This document shows, in pieces, positions 59,082 to 64,000 of a stretch of 64,000 nt of DNA. This DNA comes from Patescibacteria group bacterium. Its GTDB lineage: Bacteria; Patescibacteriota; JABMPQ01. The stretch spans positions 64,179-128,178 of the forward strand of contig JBGTBM010000009.1 in NCBI GenBank assembly GCA_041749335.1. Direction: 5' to 3'. Position 1 is the first letter of the stretch; every line of letters begins with the position of its first letter. The position numbers and the translations under genes were made by a program. A model generated the notes under the pieces. That model was not told where the DNA came from. It was given only the letters and a program-made list of their open reading frames with translations, and did no database searches.

Positions 59082-59478
59082 AAGCCCAAGTAAATAATAA
59101 GCCGAATTTTGTTATCATTCGCTTTTACGCGAATTCAGATAGCTATCTATCTAGCCTCACCATTGCTGATGAGATCATGCCCCTATATTTGGGTTGCACC
59201 AGGTGGGGTTTACCACGCTTTCATGTCACCATGAAGCGAAAGATGTAGTTTGTACAATCAAACGTCATCTAACTTTTCACCTTTTTCCCATAATGAAATG
59301 GGATAGTATTGTCTCTGTGGCACTTTCCCTAAGATTCGAAATAATCACAAGTCTGCAGGACTTCTGATAATCTCTTCTCTCGGTTGACGTTATCAACCAC
59401 CTATAATCATTATTGATTAGTGTTCGGACTTTCCTCTCCGATATTAAATCGGAGCAACTATCTAATTTACTTGGGCGT
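59082..59478 (-). ncRNA. rnpB: RNase P RNA (bacterial type)
   Basis: Minus-strand conserved blocks: GAGAGGAAAGUCCGAACAC (P4 5' strand), GGGAAAGUGCCACAGAGAC, GGUAAACCCCACCUGGUGCAACCCAAAUAUAGGGG, and ACAAAAUUCGGCUUA (P4 3' strand). P1 pairs GCCCAAGUAAAU (59476-59465) with AUUUACUUGGGC (59095-59084). Local GC is elevated. Confidence 0.85.
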
Positions 59479-59507
59479 TTATATAATAACTAATTACTTT
59501 AATTTTG

Positions 59508-59933
59508 TCAATATATAATACTTTGTCTCCTTGTCTTATTTAAGGCTTCATTTACAAGCAAATCTGCTTCTTTATTATTTTCTCGCCTCACATGGATGAA
59601 TTTAATATCATCAAACTGCTTTGCCAAGCCTGACGCGATTTCATAAAGAGAATAAATATTTTTATTTTTTACTCGATATTCTCCCCGCATTTGTTTTGTT
59701 ACCAATTCGCTATCCAAATAAAAATTAACCCTCTTGGCCTTTAAATTCAAGGCTTCATTTAAACCAAAAATTAAAGCGTGATATTCGGCTTGATTATTTG
59801 TTTGTTTTCCAATATATTCCGATTTCTTTAAAACAATATCCCCATCTTCATTATAAATTACAACTCCAATTCCTGCCGGACCGGGGTTTCCTCTTGCTCC
59901 CCCATCAGTATATATAATATATTTATTATTCAT
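59508..59933 (-). CDS. rnhA: Ribonuclease HI
   Basis: 141 aa, IIYTDGGARGNPGPAGIGVV...NNQAEYHALI...NKEADLL. Shows the RNase H catalytic DEDD pattern. Confidence 0.85.
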   Translation of the reverse strand: MNNKYIIYTDGGARGNPGPAGIGVVIYNEDGDIVLKKSEYIGKQTNNQAEYHALIFGLNEALNLKAKRVNFYLDSELVTKQMRGEYRVKNKNIYSLYEIASGLAKQFDDIKFIHVRRENNKEADLLVNEALNKTRRQSIIY

Positions 59934-61659
59934 GTAATTTTTTTATTCTAATATCTTTAACAATCAATTGCATTTTTTTATAGCCATTCCACTGGTTTTG
60001 ATTGATTTCGGCTATAAAATCAATTATATCACCTTCTTTTAAATTATTTAAATTGTTTTTAAAATTAAAACAAATGACTTCCAAATTATTAACATTATTT
60101 ACTATTTCAATTTTAAAATGTTTTTTTTCTTTTCCCAAAGCTGATATTGCCTCGAACCTTACATTCGTAAATTTAAATAAAGGCCTTTCGTTATTTATGC
60201 CAAACGGTTCAAATTTAATTAATTCATTATATAAATCCCAATTAACTTGATTGACATCTAATTCCATATCAATCTTGGTAATTGGAGTTAAATCTTCATC
60301 TTTAATATCATTTCCGGCAATTTCTATCATATTAGCGAAAAATTTATTTAAATTATTATTGGCAACAGTAAATCCAGCTGCTTTTTTATGGCCCCCATAT
60401 TCCAAAAGAATTGCCTTATTTTTAGCAATAGCCTCAATAAGATTAAAAGCGTCAATACCGCGCGCAGAACCCACGGTTTGATCTTTCCCCTGGCCGGCAA
60501 TCATTACCGGACGGTTATATTCTTCAGAGATCTTTCCTGCAACTATCCCTAGAACGCCCAACGGCCAATCATCGCCTACGGCAATTAAGATTTTATTTTT
60601 CTTACTTATATCCCCAATAACATTCTTGGCTTTAATAGATATCTCTTCGGTTAGTTTTTGCCTGGTAATATTCGACTCATTAATTTTTTTGGCTAAAGCT
60701 TGGGCTTCTTGGTCTTTATTTGTCGCCAATAATTTATATGCGGTATTAGCATGATCCAGTCTTCCGGCAGAATTTATTCTAGGAGCAATAACAAAACCTA
60801 TTGCATAGGTATTTATTTTTGTTTTATCTAATCCGGCAATATCAAATAAAGTCTGAAGGCCTTTTCTACTATTATATTTTAGTACTTCAATGCCATATTT
60901 CACTAAAGCTCGATTTTCCGAAATAATCGGCGAACAGTCCGCAATCGTACCGATAGCGACTAAATCTAAAAAATTTTTTTCAAACACAGAATCTGTTTTT
61001 ACAGATTTAAAAGATTTAATATTATTAATAATAGCCTGTGCCAATTTATAAGCCACGCCCACTCCGGCTAATTCTTTAAAAGGATATTGATCCCCTTTTT
61101 GTTTTGGATTTATTACAATATAATCATGGGAAAATTCATGTGGCAGGCTATGATGATCAGTAACAATCACATCAATGCCTAAATTACGCGCATAATCTAT
61201 TTCTGCTTTATTTGATACTCCGCAATCACATGTAATAATCAATTTTATATTTTTTTTATTTAGCCAATCAACGGCGGCTTTATTCATGCCGTATCCTTCA
61301 GTCAAACGATCCGGAATATATACCTGCCCCTTTAAACCTAAAATATCTCGAAATAATTCCATTAACAGCACAGATGATGTAACCCCATCAGCATCGTAAT
61401 CCCCGAAAATTGCGACTCTTTCATTAAATTTATATGCCTTCAAAATACGTTCAAGAGCTCTATCCATGCCTTTAAGCAACATGGGATTGAATATATCCTG
61501 TTGATAGTCGGGATTAAAAAATTCATCGATTTTATTCTGCGCATTAATACCGCGATTATATAAAAGTTGTAAAATTACATAAGAAAATTCAGGATATTCT
61601 TGAATAAATTCCTTGGGAGCTTTTGGGGAAACTTGCCATTTTTTATTTAATACAGACAC
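59926..61659 (-). CDS. recJ: Single-stranded-DNA-specific exonuclease RecJ
   Basis: 577 aa. DHH motifs (IFGDYDADGVTS, VTDHHS), a DHHA1 region, and a C-terminal OB-like domain. Confidence 0.9.
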   Translation of the reverse strand: MSVLNKKWQVSPKAPKEFIQEYPEFSYVILQLLYNRGINAQNKIDEFFNPDYQQDIFNPMLLKGMDRALERILKAYKFNERVAIFGDYDADGVTSSVLLMELFRDILGLKGQVYIPDRLTEGYGMNKAAVDWLNKKNIKLIITCDCGVSNKAEIDYARNLGIDVIVTDHHSLPHEFSHDYIVINPKQKGDQYPFKELAGVGVAYKLAQAIINNIKSFKSVKTDSVFEKNFLDLVAIGTIADCSPIISENRALVKYGIEVLKYNSRKGLQTLFDIAGLDKTKINTYAIGFVIAPRINSAGRLDHANTAYKLLATNKDQEAQALAKKINESNITRQKLTEEISIKAKNVIGDISKKNKILIAVGDDWPLGVLGIVAGKISEEYNRPVMIAGQGKDQTVGSARGIDAFNLIEAIAKNKAILLEYGGHKKAAGFTVANNNLNKFFANMIEIAGNDIKDEDLTPITKIDMELDVNQVNWDLYNELIKFEPFGINNERPLFKFTNVRFEAISALGKEKKHFKIEIVNNVNNLEVICFNFKNNLNNLKEGDIIDFIAEINQNQWNGYKKMQLIVKDIRIKKLHE

Positions 61660-61804
61660 ATATGTAAATTAATAACCTACTAATCCAGTTTAACATATAA
61701 ATTATTAAATATGTTGTTAATAAATATTATTATAGTTAGTAAATTTTATAAAAATTACCATTTATGCTAAATTAATTAAAACTAACCTAACTAACATGCC
61801 ATAA

Positions 61805-63715
61805 GTGAAAAATAAATTTAAAAATATCATCATAATTTTACTGGTAATTATAGTTTTTTGGATTTTATATTTTTATGCTGGACATTTAATTTTGAAATTA
61901 ATAAATCCACAAATATTTACCTCGGAAAATATAAATAATTTAGATGGAAAAATCTTAACATTTTTACTTACTTCTTTTTTTTATTATTTAATCTATCAAA
62001 TATTTAGGTTTTTACTTAGGAAAGACAAGGCTTCCGATAAATTAAAAATTTTAAAAAAGGGATCGATATTTAAGTTCGATTTTTTAATCGCGACTATATT
62101 TTATATTGTTTGTACGTTAATTTTCTTTTATCCAATTCTTAGACTATTGATAAATTATCTAATTGGACCGCCTGAAGACAATATGCAAGGTTTATGGAAT
62201 ATTTGGTGGGGATATCGGGTATTTGAAAACGGCAATCTAAACTTTTCTTATACTAATTATTTATTTTATCCGGAAGGCACTTCACTTATTTATCATGATT
62301 TTTCTTTTTTGAATTATTTCATATCTTTATTGCTTAAGCCGATTGGAAATCTGGTCTTAATTTATAATATTTTAATATTGATTTCATTTCCGTTGGCAGG
62401 ATTATTTATGTTTTTTTTAGTTAAATATCTAACTAAAAATTCCTATGCAAGCATAATTGGCGGCTTCATTTTTGCATTTTCTCCATACCATGTTGCTCAC
62501 TCTCTACATCATTTAAATTTAGCTGCAATTTATTTTATTCCTTTATTTATTTTATTTTTTTTAAAAGCAATCAAAGAAAAGAGTAAAATAAATATCTTTG
62601 GAGCATCGCTATTTTTTCTTTTATGCGCTCTCTCTCACTGGAACTATTTTATTTTTAATATTTTTTTTATTGCTTTGAGCTATATTTATCTTGCATATTC
62701 AAACAAAAAAGTATTTATCTCAAAAATAATTTTGCGAATTTTAATTATTTTAGGTATGGCTTTATTTATTCTCTCTCCACTAATCTTGTCTATGATAATA
62801 CTCGGCTGGGACAATCCGGATATCCAAATTAATATCGATGGACACAATAAGCACGTTGTAGATATTGGCTCTTTATTAATACCTCACTCCTATCATATTT
62901 TTTCAGACTTAGATTTTTTTATTGATGCAAGAAATGAATTTACGGGATTCATATGGGAAACTGCTTCATATATCGGAATTATAATCCTGTTTTTATTACT
63001 TATATTTTTTCGAAAAATTGTTAAAAATACCGCGAAATACTTTGCGGGTATGGTCAGTTTCCTAATTTTAGCAAGCGGAACGCAAATACATTATTTTGGC
63101 AAAGAAATTCCGATTTTGCTGCCCTATGAATTAATAAAAAATATCCCCTTTTTAGCAAGCGCAAGAATTCCCGCCAGAAATATTGTTATTGTTTATTTAT
63201 TTTTAGCCATTATCATCGCCTTTATTATCAAATATTTATTTGATAATAATAAATCTTATAAAAAATTTATTTTATTATTTTCAATAATTACTTTATTAAT
63301 AATTTTTGATTATTTTGCTCCTATTAAAGAGAGAACAAACATTTTTTTACCGCAATGTTATGACAAAATCAAAGATTCCGATAAGGATTCTGGCATATTA
63401 AATCTTCCTCTAGACGACAGAAACCTGCCATTTAATTATGATACCAGGTTTATGCTTCACCAAACATATCATGAATTACCGATAGCCAATGGCTATATTT
63501 CACGCGAAAACGGTTCCACTCTTGTTGACAATCTGGAATTAAATAAATTTTTAAAACAAAAAAAACAACTCGCTGATAATCATATCAAATATATTGTTGT
63601 CCATAAAAATTTCCCCACTGCAAAATATCTAGATATCGCTGAATATAAAAAACACTATCAACTTATATGCGATGATAGCGAAAATATGATATTTGAAATT
63701 TTAGCTGATAGTTAA
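61805..63715 (+). CDS. Large polytopic membrane protein, possible GT-C-type glycosyltransferase (YfhO/ArnT-like architecture). GTG start.
   Basis: 636 aa, more than 12 predicted TM helices with short loops. Only sizeable plus-strand gene. No ATG in frame near the 5' end. Confidence 0.45.
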   Translation: MKNKFKNIIIILLVIIVFWILYFYAGHLILKLINPQIFTSENINNLDGKILTFLLTSFFYYLIYQIFRFLLRKDKASDKLKILKKGSIFKFDFLIATIFYIVCTLIFFYPILRLLINYLIGPPEDNMQGLWNIWWGYRVFENGNLNFSYTNYLFYPEGTSLIYHDFSFLNYFISLLLKPIGNLVLIYNILILISFPLAGLFMFFLVKYLTKNSYASIIGGFIFAFSPYHVAHSLHHLNLAAIYFIPLFILFFLKAIKEKSKINIFGASLFFLLCALSHWNYFIFNIFFIALSYIYLAYSNKKVFISKIILRILIILGMALFILSPLILSMIILGWDNPDIQINIDGHNKHVVDIGSLLIPHSYHIFSDLDFFIDARNEFTGFIWETASYIGIIILFLLLIFFRKIVKNTAKYFAGMVSFLILASGTQIHYFGKEIPILLPYELIKNIPFLASARIPARNIVIVYLFLAIIIAFIIKYLFDNNKSYKKFILLFSIITLLIIFDYFAPIKERTNIFLPQCYDKIKDSDKDSGILNLPLDDRNLPFNYDTRFMLHQTYHELPIANGYISRENGSTLVDNLELNKFLKQKKQLADNHIKYIVVHKNFPTAKYLDIAEYKKHYQLICDDSENMIFEILADS

Positions 63716-64000
63716 ATAATTAGTTCTCCCCGATCGCCGTTTTCAATATTTCCTGCGTTAGCCTCATCTGTATCTATTTGGAAAGAAAGACGGAAGCCAG
63801 GCTTAACCCTTATCGCCACATTATTAAATACTAAACTTCTATCTCCCATAATTTTAACTGAAGCGTTTTGTTTGTTTTTAACTTGGTAATTTTTAGCATC
63901 TTGCTCTGACATATGTATATGTCTTTTAGCTATGATCAAGCCTTTTAATAAATTAACTTCTCCTTTTGGACCAATTATTTTTATTCCGGGGGTGCGCTCA
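63712..64000 (-). CDS. PduL/EutD-type phosphotransacylase (PTAC fold), C-terminal repeat only; gene continues beyond the window end
   Basis: ...GPKGEVNLLKGLIIAKRHIHMSEQDAKNYQVKNKQNASVKIMGDRSLVFNNVAIRV...QIDTDEANAGNIENGDRGELII. This is the PduL repeat signature (RHIH...DxDEANA). The frame stays open to position 64000. Confidence 0.6.
   Translation of the reverse strand, partial: ERTPGIKIIGPKGEVNLLKGLIIAKRHIHMSEQDAKNYQVKNKQNASVKIMGDRSLVFNNVAIRVKPGFRLSFQIDTDEANAGNIENGDRGELII

Noticed and set aside
1-64000. CRISPR arrays, IS elements, integrases
   Set aside because: No short direct-repeat/spacer periodicity, no transposase/integrase-like ORFs, and no terminal inverted repeats were seen. The GC-rich gene at 923-1654 has no flanking mobility genes.

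Overview
This 64 kb window is AT-rich, and 50 of its 52 confidently called genes lie on the minus strand. The gene content is bacterial. Several archaeal-type modules and the compact gene set point to a small-genome Patescibacteria/CPR-like organism. This attribution is inference from gene content only. Reading 5' to 3', the window contains the following.

(1) The N-terminus of secA, partial at the window edge.
(2) A GC-rich orphan gene.
(3) A ribosome hibernation factor (hpf).
(4) A cell-wall (dcw-type) operon: mraY-murI-murD-ftsW-murG::murC fusion-murB.
(5) A D,D-carboxypeptidase, a ferredoxin, and an archaeal-style RtcB ligase with archease.
(6) A membrane-fused spermidine-synthase-like protein.
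(7) A sugar-metabolism block: 2-hydroxyacid dehydrogenase, an unknown 417-aa protein, a PfkB kinase, a two-subunit transketolase, rpe and rpiB.
(8) A glutaredoxin followed by a group-3b-like tetrameric [NiFe]-hydrogenase operon. The operon carries an embedded hypC, a DMT transporter, an unknown gene and a zinc-finger-less HypA-like gene.
(9) A DsbA-like oxidoreductase and a TIM-barrel isomerase.
(10) A GldA/F/G-like ABC-2 exporter with a DUF4340 partner.
(11) A beta-propeller repeat surface protein with a C-terminal tripartite anchor, directly downstream of a presenilin/SPP-like GxGD intramembrane protease.
(12) An NAD(P)HX dehydratase.
(13) A tandem array of three paralogs, each carrying a C-terminal PEP-utilizer phosphohistidine swivel domain, interrupted by a histidine-phosphatase-family gene.
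(14) A tight three-gene operon: an eRF1/Pelota-fold protein with GGQ replaced by GGWSQ, a phosphoribosyltransferase, and a LOG-family nucleotide hydrolase.
(15) tRNA-Thr(CGU).
(16) A parvulin PPIase, FtsB, a bPH-domain membrane protein, lepA and murJ.
(17) A surface-polysaccharide locus: DUF4012-like protein, three GT4 glycosyltransferases, a Wzz-like protein and a priming sugar transferase.
(18) A bacterial RNase P RNA, RNase HI and recJ.
(19) A large polytopic membrane protein on the plus strand.
(20) The C-terminal part of a PduL-type phosphotransacylase, running off the window end.

The most unusual candidates are the eRF1-like/PRTase/LOG operon, the phosphohistidine-domain paralog array, and the presenilin-like protease/surface-protein pair.
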